DNA of 64,000 bases, from positions 9,424,001 to 9,488,000 of the forward strand of contig OZ059894.1 of the NCBI GenBank assembly GCA_964057225.1, written 5' to 3'. A program made the translations under genes and the position numbers. Shown one piece after another: positions 1-19,659 of this stretch. The first letter of the stretch is position 1. Each line of letters starts with the position of its first letter. Origin of the DNA: Auanema rhodensis (lineage: Eukaryota; Animalia; Nematoda). A model generated the notes under the pieces. It was not told the origin of the DNA and made no database searches. It worked only from the letters and a program-made list of their open reading frames with translations.

Positions 1-2785
1 CCTTTCGCTTGTTTTAACACAAAGTCCCGGACAACATAAGGATTGCAGTCAACTAATGTCCACATTATCTAAAAAAAACATAGACATTTAAAAATTAATA
101 GAGAATATAACTTACATCAACCATGTAAGATCTTGTAATTGGGTCAGATGATCTCATACAAGGCTCAACGGTGCTCAAAATATCAGCGTTAAAGAATGCT
201 TGAATGACATTCTAAACAAGAAACATATAAAAACCTTCAAAATTATTAATAATACCTTTGCAACTGTATCTTTCTGATGAGAAGCAGGCTGACCAGGCTG
301 CACATGGGTTAAATGCAAAAACTCTCTAAGAAAATGTACACAATCACGCCTTCGGGCTACAGCTGTTTTAGCACATTTAAGTTCATCGAAAAGATCTTTC
401 ATAAACTTCTTATCTTTCTATAAACAAAGATGATTCAAATATAGATGAAAATGTTTATTTACCTGTAGCGCGGATGATATTTCTACCCGTAAGAAAAACG
501 CATAACTGTTTAAAGTTCCTGTTAAATTTTCTTCAAATAGAGAAGGAGCGGGTATGCACACTTCTTGAAGATATTGTATCCTGTAGGCTTTATGTATTTT
601 ATTTCTAAAGTTTTTTAATTAGATAGCCAAAATGTAGTTGATAACTTACTTTACGTCAGGATCTGAAATTTCCAACACTTCTTTGAACTTAGCTTGCTCA
701 TATAAAAATTCTCGATGCCTCCTAGGCTCATCATAGGTAGGATCGTATTCCAACATACCAATAATTTCTTTCATGTAACGATCATCGAACACGTACTACA
801 ATATAAAGCATAGTTAAGATATTTAGTGAAATGATTTACCTCCATAAAATTCAGATCCTGCTGACCACTTCTATGCATTAAAATAATATTCTTAGCAATA
901 GTATACAAACAATGAAGCCCGTCAGTATTTTCCAAATCTTCACACATCTTGAAAACTTCTGCTAACTTAGGCAAAACACTGAAAATCAAAAATAAAAATC
1001 GTAATACCCAAACGTTAATTACCCCTCTGATTCCAATATCTTGCACATTTTATCTCTTAAATTAACTGTTGACATATGATTAGTTATTATATAGTCAATC
1101 TCTCCTAAACGTCCCATTTCGATGGGGGGTAGGGCTACACGGCCTGAAGAGGAACCTTCTGAAAGTTCTCCTTCGTCAAGCTCATCAAACCCTGCATCCT
1201 AAAAAAGTAATAAAAATTAAATTCATATGTCAGTATCAAACTCACAGCATCACCCGGGTCCCTGCCTTGAACTTCACAAATTTTCGCCCAAATCTCTTCG
1301 CACCCGGATTTTTCTTGGAAACTTAACGCTAGATCACAAGTTTCCGATTCTGACCAAACTATCAAAGTTTCCTGTAAAACAAAGTTGTATGAGCTAAATT
1401 ACAACAAAAATTAAAAAATATGTAATATATAACACACTCGTTCCAATGAACTCTCTAATACCCCTTCAGTTACGTAAAGTGCAATGTCAGTGCCTGCCAT
1501 GTAACATGTGTAGTAAAAAAAACAGATTCCAAAAATTACTAAAGTGATTAGATATATTAGGGGGATTACTGTTTAAGAAAATTCAGAGAATAAACGAAAA
1601 ATACACAGTAAATAATAGGAAGACCCTTTAATGCAATAAGATAGGACGTGGGCCTGCATCACGAGTTGCATAACAAAACACCGGGTACATAATCGATAAA
1701 GAGCGCACTTCGCACAAAACAAAATGAAGCGAAAAACTCCGAAACCGGATTGAGGCTAAAGAAAAGCAAAAACATTACGATATGAATACGCCTTGAGAAA
1801 TTACCAAATGATAGCGATATCAGAATGATACTTATGCACTAACAACTAGCCCCCCCCCCCATCGCGCATAAGCACACGTGATAAGTTCTCAACAAAATAA
1901 TGTTGACAGTATATCAGCAGAACTACTTAAACCGGAAGTAAAATATGCTTATAGAATAATTAAAAACACAAAAGATTTGCACGAGTAATAGAGATTAAAT
2001 TCAAGGAAAAATGTATGAGTGAGAAATTACGTCATTCAGACTGGTGAGGATAAGAACATGTCATAGCAAGCCTTATGCGGATTTGCACTCATAATAACTT
2101 CAATGGTATGCAGAAATAGTTTAAAAAATCAATATAATATTTCGAAAAAGTAAAAAAAAAAAGAAGGAAAAACTGATTCTAACCTGTTGCTTCTGATAAA
2201 CAGTATCCATTAATATTTTTGATTCCAATACATTTTTTTCTAAAATCAGTTGATTAAAACTGTAAATATCAGAAATGACGAACCTGTTGTTTCCAGTTTA
2301 ACAATTATAACAAAGGATTTCTGTTGACCAGGAAGGGGAACACAAGCAACATGTCCCGTACCTCTATCGTCCCATACACGCTGCTCACAAAGTACGTATA
2401 ATTTTACTCGATTTCTTGAATCCTAAATGTATTAAAATGAAGTTGATTACTAAGAAATATCTATTTACTCTATCAATATCATAGTCATCCAATTGGTTTG
2501 GACCCGGAGTGATAGGCTTCCATTCTTCCTCTTTTTCTTTTTCAACTTTAATACCGTTCTCACCATTCACTTTAGTCGGCTCTTCTTCTTGAGTTTGCTC
2601 TTCTTTGCCGATGGACTAAAATTATGAAACATAACAAAAAATAAAAGAAAACAACATAAACTGCAGAAATACTAATCAGAATGATATTATGACCGGAAAC
2701 GTACCTTATCTTTGACATATTCTTCAACAGTATTCTCATTCGGAGACTGATCTTTCTCAGCAATAGGAATTTCTACGTCCGACAT
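1..2785 (-). CDS. smk-1: SMK-1 / PP4 regulatory subunit 3 (PPP4R3), 5' part; gene runs off the left edge
   Basis: ATG at 2785 ([11 protein letters not shown]). Spliced exons give [24 protein letters not shown]|[36 protein letters not shown] (EVH1-like N-terminus) and [24 protein letters not shown], all typical of SMEK/PP4R3. Confidence 0.93.
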
Positions 2786-3382
2786 TTTACGTTTTACTCG
2801 GCTCAGCAGAACATCTTAAAAATAAAAAGTAAAATCATAAACAAAAATTACAACATATCACAATTCTGACGTAGGCAACATAAAAGTCATCATATTGAAT
2901 TATGCAATAATAATAATTTTTATATAATTAAAAGCTTCCTAATTTGAATGAGCATTATAATTTTTTAAAAAATATATAGAAAAAGGAACAAGAAGACCTT
3001 AAGTTTTTTAAAAAATAGCAAAAACGCCGTTTCGCAAAGCTTGCCAATTTGTTCTGGTAGAGCGCCAAGTCCATTCCCAGCCGCGTCCTGGCACGATTGT
3101 TGACGTCATTTCACGTCCAAGGTTACGGTAGTCATGCAAGTGATTCATGCGACCAGAGTAAGCTTGTATGCTTAAGATTGAACTCGTTATTGTTTTAAAA
3201 CTGGAAGTAAATTTTTGGTAACCAGTTTTCTTAATAATTTCAACGTTTCAATTTAAAAATGGTTTTTGTAATCAATATTTCGAAATTTAAAAAATTTATT
3301 TTTAAGCGGTATTTAGATGCATTTTTTTGTTTTTATTTAGTATCATTTTGAAAAATGTATTTGTTCTGTTTTCAAGGAAACC

Positions 3383-4325
3383 ATGAGGAGAATGTTCGGC
3401 TCAGGAAAAAAGGAGCCTCCTCCAGATTTGAATGCAGCAATTCAAAATGTTGAAAGCCGTTGTGATAGTATCGACAAGAAAATCGCTAAGGTACTCATTA
3501 TGGTGAAGTTTCTCTCTTTATTTTTTGTTTAAGCTTGATGCTGATCTTGTGAAACTTCGTGACCAGATGTCGAAAATGAGAGAAGGCCCTTCTAAAAATT
3601 TGGTCAAACAAAAAGCTTTAAGGTAACTGTTATTTTGAATAACGTATGGTTATTGAACATTACATACTAGAATCCTCAAGCAGAAGAGAACTTATGAAGG
3701 CCAGAAGGCGCAGCTTGATCAACAAGCCTTCAATATGGATCAAAGTAATTTTGCAATTCAGGGAATGAAAGATAACCAGGTATTATTAAGATTTGCGTAC
3801 TTCCTATCAATATTATCTGTTGACAGGTTACAATTTCTGCTATGCAAGCGGGACTCAAATCACTTCAACAGGAACATAAGAAAATGGATATTAACAAAGT
3901 TAGTTCAATTGCCTTAATTGGTGTTAAATGGATGTGTACTCAACTGACAATTTTAGATTGAAGACTTGCAAGACCAGATGGAGGACATGCTTGATTTGAA
4001 CAATGAGATACAAGAAGCTATGAGTCGTCAATACGATACACCAGATGTGAGCATCTTTAATTAAAAAAATTAACAATATTTCAATTTAGATTGATGAAAC
4101 TGAATTAGAGGCGGAGCTTGCTATGCTTGGTGACGAGCTAGACTTAGGTGAAACTGACTCGAACTTCTTAGATGAAGCTTTGAATGCACCTGGTGTGCCC
4201 GAATCAAAACCTCAGAGCAATAAGGTATTTCTCATAGTTAAAAGTTAGCATTGTTATTCATATGCTTATAGGTTTCTGAGGGTTTGGAAGTTGATGAGTT
4301 CGGGTTGCCTAAGATACCAGCTTGA
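3383..4325 (+). CDS. vps-60: Charged multivesicular body protein 5 (ESCRT-III, Snf7 family)
   Basis: [65 protein letters not shown]...[11 protein letters not shown]...[12 protein letters not shown]. Canonical short introns. The C-terminal DEFGLP is typical of CHMP5. Confidence 0.95.
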
Positions 4326-4405
4326 ATAACTTAGAATGATTTTATTCTGTTTACGGTGATGTACATACATGCGCATTGATTTTTTTTACAATGTAAATAT
4401 TTAAT

Positions 4406-6010
4406 TTATAGCTTTGATATAAACGAGTCATGAATCACGAGGTTTCTTACATTTTTTATGTCATCTATTGATTTTGAACCTAAACATGCATTGTTTTTAA
4501 AAGTTTTCCTTATTCTTCACCTGTTAGTCTCATTGTGCGACTGAATTCTGTATTTAAAATGTCTAGTACCTTTGTCACACCCTTCTCTCCCTAAAATGAA
4601 AATTTCTGAGAAAACTGTAAAGCTTCCAAACATTGACTGCGAGCCCCCATAAAATGGGTCTGCCAACAAAAACGGCGCGTGCACCCAGGGCTATTGCTTT
4701 GAACACATCTCTGCCATTGCGGATACCACCGTCGAGGAAAACCTAAATTTGGAAGAATTGGTTCAAGATATATGAAGGAAATAGACCGGAATTTTCCCCT
4801 GAACGGCCTTCATGATCGATGGTAATGCCTCAATCTGGAAATGTAAGCCGGATTTCAGAAAATTCATAGTAGCTATACCGTCGAGATACAATCATCCAAT
4901 TGCCGGCCACCATGGTTTGAGATTATAATCCCATCGACTCTATGTTTTACAGCCTCTATGGCATCATCTGCTCTTACAATTCCTTTGAGAATTACTGGTA
5001 AAGGTGACACTCTGTCAAAACTTTGGTCAACTAAAGCTCAAAGTTGATAGATCTAACCTTTTTAAGTAATCAACTGTTTCCCAATTTAACGAGCTATCAA
5101 TTTGTGTTGTGACGTAATCCATGAATCCAGAGTTTCCCATTGTAACATTTGGCATATACTCTTGACTTTCTGATGTGAAATTTGCCAAACTAATCTATTA
5201 TTATTGAAAATAAATTGTTTCATCATGTTATACCGAAGAGGTTTGGGAAGAGAAAACCCATGACGTAGATCTCGTAATCGTCTACCCAGCACTGGAGTGT
5301 CCACTAAACTTCCAACATAAGTTACGACCATTTTAGAAAGTTTATTCCTCTTTACCTGTCAATACAATTGCAGAACATTTTGCTTTCACTGCTCTTTTTA
5401 TCAGCATTTCTGTCATTTTCTTGTCATTATAAACATAAAGCTGAAGTTAAAGATAACGTTTTAAAAGAGGTAGTTTTGATTTTGTCACACCTGGAACCAA
5501 ATAACTCCGTTATTTTTTGACACCTCATCAGCAACTTCCTCTAAAGGGACTGTTGACCATGAACTGGCGATCATTAATGTTTTCATTTTAGATGCAGCTA
5601 ATCATAAAAACGTAAATATACAATACTTTCAAAACAAAAACCTCTTGCAGTGTCCAGTTCACCATTAGAACTTGCCATCTTCTGGAAAGCAGTTGGTGCT
5701 ATTCCGATAGGAAAATCAAACTTTTTTCCAAAAATATCAACTGAAGTATCAATATGTGATACATCTTGAAGACATCGCGGTATTATAATAAATCTTAAAT
5801 AGGTCTTTGAGGATTCTTAAAGATTTTTGGAATAACTTTTCAAAAGCCGATTCGTTACGTACAAGTGTACGTTCATCCTCCGCAGCACCATTATAATAGT
5901 TAGAAGCTAATCTTGAAAAGGATTATTTGCAAAGCTGTATAGAAAGCTTCAAACCTGGGCAACTTCAATACAGCTTCTTTCTTGAAGTCGTCTAGGGTTA
6001 GGTAAACCAT
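4406..6010 (-). CDS. FMN-dependent (S)-2-hydroxyacid oxidase (HAO/glycolate oxidase), peroxisomal
   Basis: [13 protein letters not shown]...[11 protein letters not shown]...IGIAPTAFQ...[12 protein letters not shown]...[10 protein letters not shown]...[26 protein letters not shown]...; last exon ends FISKL* (PTS1). Confidence 0.93.
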
Positions 6011-6866
6011 TACGAAAATTTGAAGAAGGTCTTATTGATGTGATATCACTTGTCAAGCGGTAAACAACATCCCATCTTGATCATGTGGGTTACAAACATG
6101 CGCATATCCCCGTTTTGCACCCAACGGGGTCAGACATACACTTGAATTTTCAAAAAGGGATTGTTATTATGAATTAAGATATCTTCATTATTATTAAACG
6201 TAACTCACAAGCATCAATATCTACTAATGCTGAAGTAAAAAAAAAGAAAAATTATTGAATCTGTGCAAAGAAAATGAAAGAAAGGTCATTCTCAGTGTAT
6301 ATTCTTTGTTTCCTTCTTCTAACAGAAAGATACGTCTTTGACTGTTTCTATGGTAAGGATGGGATACGCCCATGATCTTCGTTTCCTCAAAATTTCTATT
6401 TTCTTTTCGCTCGGATCTTCTCGTACCGCTAGAAGAATGTAGTTATCTAGCAAATAGTTAACAAATAGTTAAGTGAACTATGTCCATATGACATCCACCC
6501 ACCCTTTCTCATCATCGACATTCTTAGTCTAGGCTTATCAATTCTTTTCTATAGCAGACGTTGTAGACATTTCACTAATTAGTTATGAACACTTGTTCAG
6601 ACAGCCTTTTAAATCAAACTGTCAACCACTTTTACGTGAACTTTGATTGCGAAATATGTGCCCGGCTAGAGCTCATTGGTTTTGGACGACGAAATGAAAG
6701 TGACAGCTGAGTACTTTCTCGAAGTATCGGAATTACAGTCTATAACAGAATAAACGGAGGAATATTTATAATATCGTTAACCGCTTCAAATGAAAGAAAA
6801 ATATAATACAACAGTAATTAATGGCAAAAAAACATGAAAAATTCCTGAACCGTGATGATTAAAGAG

Positions 6867-12129
<5,263 letters not shown>

Positions 12130-15100
12130 GACTGTAAAGTTTTAATATAACTTCATCAATAACATCACATGCTAAGATAATTAGAGGGAATAACGAATGT
12201 AGAACGAATGAGCGGAATATGAATAGAACACTCTACTCTGAACTACAACGCACGAAAATCGCAACATAACACATTCATGAGAAAGTCGAATGAAATAGAG
12301 AAAAAAAGAAATTTTCTCAACACATATTTATGCGAGAGACCTTAGGCGGCCGACAATAAACGGCAAGAGGCCGAATCTGAGGCCGAGAGTCAGCTGATTG
12401 GCCAGAAAAGTAAGCCTAAGCTACGCCGCCTGGTGACGTGAGTCTGCTGTTGTGACGAACAAAGTAAGAGAGACACAAGAGACAAGCGAACGAAAATGGA
12501 ACAAAATGGAATAGTTGGAAGGTATAAGATGCAATACACGCTATACAAGGTGTATTGGCTAGCAAAATCTCCTTTTTCGTAATAGAAAAATGCTTTTGAA
12601 TAGAAAATAGATTGCTGCTTGGGAAGGAAATAGAAAAGGTGAGTGAATGAACAGCTAGCTGAATAAGTGTGCTGGTGATCATAATGATCAATACAAAGAG
12701 AATGAACGAACGATAAAAAGGGAAAAACTGAGTAAGCGATTGTTCTTAACGGACGTCAACGCAGACGACCTCGAGTAGAATAAATGAAAATTAACGTTAT
12801 TGGAGATGAAAGATGAGAAGATTAGATGGAGCTAGACGATCAAAGGAGCACCAGACCAACTGTCTCTGTCATCTGACAAATGAGTTGTAGATCAAAAGTA
12901 ATGATTATAAAATAAAGAAATAGATATGTGATTGTGGTTAGCTAGTTCTTCATGCTCTTAGTAAAATTAATATTTGATGGAGACAATGTGTATTGCTTTA
13001 TTCGTAATTCAATGACGGAGATGGATGACTACATCATGACTAAGCAAAACATAAAACAGCGACTTTTGGATATAAAAGACAAAGCTGGATTGATAATTAT
13101 CGAATTGGAAAGAATTTCTAATGTGCTGCACATGGCTAAATGATTTAGAACATGAGAAAAGCAAATCAAAAGAATTGTATTAGGATTGGCTCAAACCTTT
13201 ATCGCGGCTGACATATAATCCCGAGACTCGGGAGTAGAAAGAATATCCTATTGCAATTATAACTGCCAACCAAATATGGCAAAAATAATAGCTCGAACAT
13301 CAGTTACATGTATCTCCATGTACGTGTACATGTACCTTCTGAGATTTGATGAAAAATTGATAACACAGCAGAAATTGAATAAAGAAGCCTGAGTAGGCAT
13401 GCGACAACACTACTACTAGAGCAAGAGAGGGAGCGAGAGGATTTACTAGGAGATAGTGTGAAGAATGTGTCTTGAGACAATCGGATTAGAAAAACAAATA
13501 GCTTTTCGAAACTGGATATAACCAAACGTAGAAAAAATGAAACAGATAATATATATTCCTTGTGTAAATCCCAGAAAAACGACATTATAAGATGAGCAGT
13601 TTACAGTAAACTGAATATAATGAGGAGAAATCTTCATTACAGATGTGAATTGCTATTGGAAACAAGAGGAGGATAATCATTGGAGAAAATGTATGTCATC
13701 AGCATAATAAACATACAGATACTCCATATATGAGCAGCAGATGGTATAAAAACGTAAAATGGGCAGTTATTGATTGTTAACACACTGTCTTGTGTTTTGC
13801 TCTAGTTGTCTAGGTAGAACGAAAGAGTAAGTGAAGGAGTGAGAGAGAGATAGAAACAAGTAGAGCAAGAGAAACAGTATATTTGGAAATATTATGAAAT
13901 TAGAAGAGATATATTATCGTCTAGTGAATAAATGTATCTTGCCAATTTGAAATACAGTCGATATGGCGTTTGAGGAACGTCTCTCTGAGATGTATCTGTC
14001 ACAATCCACCACAAAAAGCATTTTGTTGTCTAAGACTAAAAGATAACTAAAACATGAGCTCCCATTCCAAATGAGGATTATATGTTTCCAGAAAGAAAAT
14101 TTTTCAACCATGTGTGAAGCAACGCTTCCGTGTCCTGTCTTTAGAAATTACATCATCCCAAGGGGGTCATTTTTAAGAATAAATGCGATATGTGGCTACA
14201 TTAAGCTGCAAATTTGGGAAGCAGATTCGAGAAAGCTTTGATCTTATTCTGCTTAAATTTAGAAATAAGCTTATTCACCCATATACATATGAATAGTTGA
14301 AGTTATTCAAATCATTGATTAAATTTGATTGTCATATTACGTTCATGCGCACTGTAAACCCTTAAACCTAAACTTGAAATGGAACAATCCTTGAAACAGA
14401 AATGGAACAATCCTTAACAAATAAAAAGAACAAATTCTTCATGTACTAATGATATTATGAGCTCTACTGCTGATGGCTTGGCCTATGGTGTAAATAATCG
14501 AAATATATAAGGTTCAATTCACACTCCTATTTGCATTCTTCGTATAGTCTTTTTCATTAAGAATCATATCAATCGATATTATGATTGACTATCATATTCG
14601 ATTGGGAAATATTGTGTTTCATTTGTTTGGTTTAATCAATTTACAACAATATATCTATCATAGTTCTATAATTTTGTTTGATTAAAGAAAAAAACAATGG
14701 AAGGTACACCTAAAGAACTCTTTTATCTTATTTTTCTTAAACGAAGAAGATGACAACTGCTAAATGCTATTATCATCAGTATTAGAAACGACTATTGACC
14801 AGTTTGTTGTTATCACATAGACGGAGATAAATCTAAGACATATCAATGAATAAGTACTAAGTACCGGCCAGTACTATTCAGTTATTTGGAAAAAATAAAA
14901 AACAAAAAAGAATTACAAACTGTTTAATCAGAAGCGTACCTGATACAGACATTCTTAGACAGCATAAGATGAAGATTAGGCATTAGTACTAACGCAAAGT
15001 TTACGTGAAATATTCTCACGTGTTAATTATGAATGTTAAGTAAAAATTCTAATTACTATTAGCTTTGATAATGAACATAAAAAACTTATTTAAAAATTCA

Positions 15101-15533
15101 AATAATAATAATAATAAGCGTAATTAAAGTTGTAAATGAATAAAATATAGAGCATTATGCTCATATAAGTTTTAACTGAATGAAAAACGAAAAACTTGAA
15201 AATATAGTGTGAGGAGCTGATCAAGACTGGCCAACTATATGCGATTTATCGTTTGGCCCGTCAAGTGTGTACTTCCACTCATCTCAAAATAAACAGAAAA
15301 CTTTACTGGAAAGACGATTGCTTTTTTTAAAAAATCATGATTTTACAAGCTGATTTCAACAAATATTTCAAATAAAAACTTAAAATTTGCAGTTATATGA
15401 TGTTTTATTTAAATTGTCAATTGATGATATATAGTATTAAACACATATCAGAGTCATGATAGAGATAAATGAGAAAATTCTTCTCAATTCTTAACTTTTA
15501 AAATTTTATTTCGCAAATATGCAAACTATAGCC

Positions 15534-17019
15534 TTAGGCCCAATCCACAAACTTTTTACAGTTCGTCAAAAACTGTGAGCAGCGAATAACATTGAAGGTG
15601 TCACGAGGGTTTGGAAATGGATTGCACACCTGGAAATAACTTGTTGTGATGCTCTCTGTTTACGGGTGTTAGCTTGCAGAATATGTAAAAGATCGGAAGC
15701 ATTGTCTTACCTTTCTAGCCTCGTCTACTATATCTTCACATCGCTTCAAGGAAGATTTGGGTACTGTTGTCGTAGTCTCAGAAACTGTACTACTTGCAGG
15801 CTGAGCTGGAGTTAACTCAGGCAGACAGAATTGCTCAAAAGCATAGCAAAATTGAGTATATCCCTCGTTGATATGTTCAGCCGTGCAATATTTTGGATAT
15901 TTGCTGTAGTATCTGAAAACATAATTGATATTAATAGGAAAAATCAATAATCTTCTGATTTTTCAAAATAAATCTTTAAAAGAACTGTTAATTGCGACCT
16001 TTGACAATAAGAAATCACGGGAATAACTCCGGGTGTAGCGGAACAGGCGCTAGGATAAGTCTGACAGAAAGGAATCTGGAACAGAAAAAATGATCGGGTT
16101 TTCCTTCTATTTCTGGAAGATTCGAACGTTTTTTGGTGCTTGGCTTCTAAGAAAATTTCGTTCGTAATACGTATATAAGTGTAAATGATTTATCGATAGA
16201 AATGTGAAAAACCTCAGTTTTCAGTACAGATTCCCCATGACAATTTCGAACAAACCGTTCCCTTTCTATGACACAATATTCACTGACAAACACTAAAACT
16301 GAACTCTGAAAAATATTTTTGGTTCATAACTCGATTTAACAGTTGAAGCGAATGTTTTTAATCAAAACCGAACCTTGTCTTCAACCGTTGGATGACTTGA
16401 ATTACTGCTTTCAGGCCCTTCTTTCTTCGTAACTTCTTCCTTGTTATGTTCAGTTTCCTGACTAGCAACAGATGGCTACAATGCAAAATTCTATAAAGGA
16501 AACTATGAAAACGAGGCTAAACCTCGTCCACTTTAGAATGAGATGGTTTCGGTAGGCGAATCAAGTTCCCTCTAGTTTCAGTTGTTGCTTCTTCCGAGGC
16601 AGTAGTATCGACCGTTTTTGGAATCGTATGTTCAGATGGTTCGATCAACTCGGAATTCTCCAGATCTTCTTCAGACTGGGAAAGTAATTTTTCTACAGAA
16701 TATCTTGCTTTCAGCTGTTTCCCACTAAAAATCAAATCTGACTACCTTTTTGTTCGGTACTTTTAGGTACGGGCGTCAGCTGTGGGGGTGTCACCAGTGC
16801 AACATGTTTGATGTCCTTAGCCGGCACTGGTGGAGGAACAACCTTGAAATCTTCACAAAAATCCAAAGTAGGCCTACGAGCACAGGCTCTCTAAAAGTTG
16901 ATGATCACTAGATCAAGGAAAAACCAAACCTGAATCAGAATAGAACGGAAACGATCCTGGCCCGAAATACCTTGAAAAGCTATACATAGCAAAAATGCAG
17001 CAGCAAGGAGACAATGCAT
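15534..17019 (-). CDS. Uncharacterised secreted Cys-rich protein with a Pro/Thr/Glu-rich linker
   Basis: Signal peptide MHCLLAAAFLLCIAFQGISG; RACARRPTLDFC; low-complexity middle; C-terminal Cys modules (KYCTAEHINEGYTQFCYAFEQFC; RCEDIVDEARK/VCNPFPNPRDTFNVIRCSQFLTNCKKFVDWA*). Confidence 0.8.
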
Positions 17020-17527
17020 CACACGTCTCCTTCCTTCACACTTGATGATAGAAGAACAATCAATGATCTCATCCCTATCATCCTGTTCTGATGTCGAGAA
17101 AGAGGCGAGAAAGAAGAGAGAAAGAGACAAAACACCCCCCCCCCCCACCCCAAATAAGGCCTTCAATGTGCAGGGCGTCTTTATTAGTTAAAAGTAAAAT
17201 GTACAAAATGCTTAATAGCATGCAAGAGCTGACTAATAATCACAAAATTACCACAAATATACACGATACAATGAAAGAAATCAAGGATATACACACTAAT
17301 GCACATTATCTAAGACTAAAGTTGAAAGGCTGTGAACTTGGCAAATCAGCGGCGCTTTAAACCGTTAAATTTAAAAGTGATTAGGACCAACTGGTTAAGA
17401 ACATAATACAATAAAGGGAAATCAAAGACATGACCAGTAGTTAAAAAATGATTCGAAGTCATATGCTATAAAATATGTTCACCACAAATGACGAATTCGA
17501 GAACATCCCTGAGAACGCAACTAGAAC

Positions 17528-19265
17528 CTAACTCGTGGAGTGACTAAGTGGTGGGAATTCTCCAGCATCATCCGTAGCCAAAGGGTTTCCATCGTGGATG
17601 TTATTTTGGCCTGCAAAACAAGATGTTAACAAGTGATATATCTTCATATTAGTGCGTGCCTGGCCCTGTGTCAGCCCTAGATCCAATACGTTGTTGCTTG
17701 ACTAGATTACATTCGCCACCATCAGACTCTACCTTATAGCAATACAAGAAACCATCAGTTGTAGCAACCAAAAGATAGGTTTGCCCGTTGATACTGCAAA
17801 AAAAAACGTTTGGCCTGGAGATTTTGTAAGTTGTAATCTGTCTTACGTTGGCATCGCAGCTATATTTTTCTTATCATCACTACCCGGCAATCGAGCAGTT
17901 GCGAAACTTCTTTCAACGGTTATCAACTCGTTCACCTGAAGTAAAAAATACTTACAGAAAAACTAAAACCAAATGTGAAATACCTGGGTAGGTAAGTAAC
18001 TAGAAGCGGCCTGAGTAAGATATCCAAACCAGCTATTGTCGTTTACTGGTTCCCTAGAGAGTGGGATCATACAAAATGATAAACTTCATATAAAAAATAC
18101 CTTTCAGCTTCTTGCTGTTTCTCAAGTTTGAACACATGAACAGTTTCAGTATTACTTGTGGAACAAAGATACGAAGAATCCGAAGAAAACGCCAACGAAT
18201 GAATAGTAACACATCTAATGATAAAAGTACAAAAATCAAAAAATAACTGTATAAAACCTTGACATTCCTCTCCTAAATTCAAACAGTTTAGTGCACTGTG
18301 GTACAGAAAACACACGTATAACCGTGCCCTTAGTGCTAGCAGTGGCCAAGAGAGTGCCTGAAGTGAAGAAACATGAAACTTATTCGGTAACCCTAATGTA
18401 ATACCTTCTGCGTTAAATTTAATCGCAGCTAATGGAGCATCATGAGCTGCAAAGCTATTAATAGCTTGAAGATGCTGAGCATCAAATATATTAACCTGGA
18501 ATAACAAAAGGAATGAAGTTCTATGGAATATTGATTACTTACATTTCCCGAATCAACCTCGCCTGGGTAAGCTAAAAGAGCATTGTTACCAGCAGATAAA
18601 TCCACAAGACCGAATCTATTGAATGGAGTATCCACAATTGAATGAAGCAGCTAAATCAAGCGATCAGTTCAAAAACTTGTCAAAACTAATTACCTTCATC
18701 TCTTTCAAATTGTATATACTAATAAGATCCTCAAAACAAGCAACAACCCTCTAAAAATTAAAATTATACAAGTTTATCGAAAGCATTTCTCTAACCTCCC
18801 TATTTAATTTGACATTAAGAATTGGTTTATTGAATTTTAAATCGACAATGATTTGTTTAGTAGCGGTATGGTACACGTGTAGAACACGTCGATCCTTCTG
18901 AAACAGTTAAAAAAATGAAAATGAAAAGAAACTAAATAAAATACTTGGGACACAACAACAATTAGTGAGGATTGAAACAATCGTTCAACGATAACTGCTT
19001 CTCTAAGACCTGAAAACACAAAAATGATAATCAATGATTACAAAACAGGTAAATAAGATAACTCACAAGATGACATATCGCGATTAAGAGGAGATCCGAA
19101 GTTATTTTCCAAAACATCGGAGACGGTATATAAGTTATAACCATCGACATGACCAACAGCAAGAGACCTATAGCATAAATTAAAGATTTATATGAAAATT
19201 TTATAAACATACTTAGCGTCCTGGTTAAAGCTGACAGTCAATAGATGGTCTACCTCCTCGTCCAT
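17528..19265 (-). CDS. atg-18: ATG-18 / WIPI1-2 PROPPIN autophagy protein
   Basis: [16 protein letters not shown]...[10 protein letters not shown]...[12 protein letters not shown]...[17 protein letters not shown]...FEFRRG (phosphoinositide-binding motif)...[11 protein letters not shown]...FPPLSHSTS*. Confidence 0.95.
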
Positions 19266-19659
19266 GTCTTTTAATCTAAATGAGGATTTGGTATGCAGCA
19301 ACAAATAACGTTATAACGACAGAAGGTCAAACAGTACAAAGAAAAACATAGTAAGGACAACATCGCTCGAAATCAGCTGATTTGGGCGTGGCTTGTATGC
19401 AAGTAGTGCATGGTTTCACATTATAAAGCAAACAAATAGCATTTGACTTGGTTTTAGATAATAATTTTCTGTTTCCAAACTTATCACAAAATATTTTCAT
19501 GCGATTATAATGATTTCCACCTATTTCTTGAGATTTACCCAAATTGTTGTTCAAATATATTAACTTAAACATGCTATTTACGTCAATAATTGTTGTTTAG
19601 CCATTAGTCATACGGGGCGTGTTTTGTTCATAGCAAGAATCAATAACTGCCAACTAAAT

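Noticed and set aside
12400-15400. Short ORFs in the gap upstream of cathepsin F
   Set aside because: No coherent exon chain or recognisable protein.
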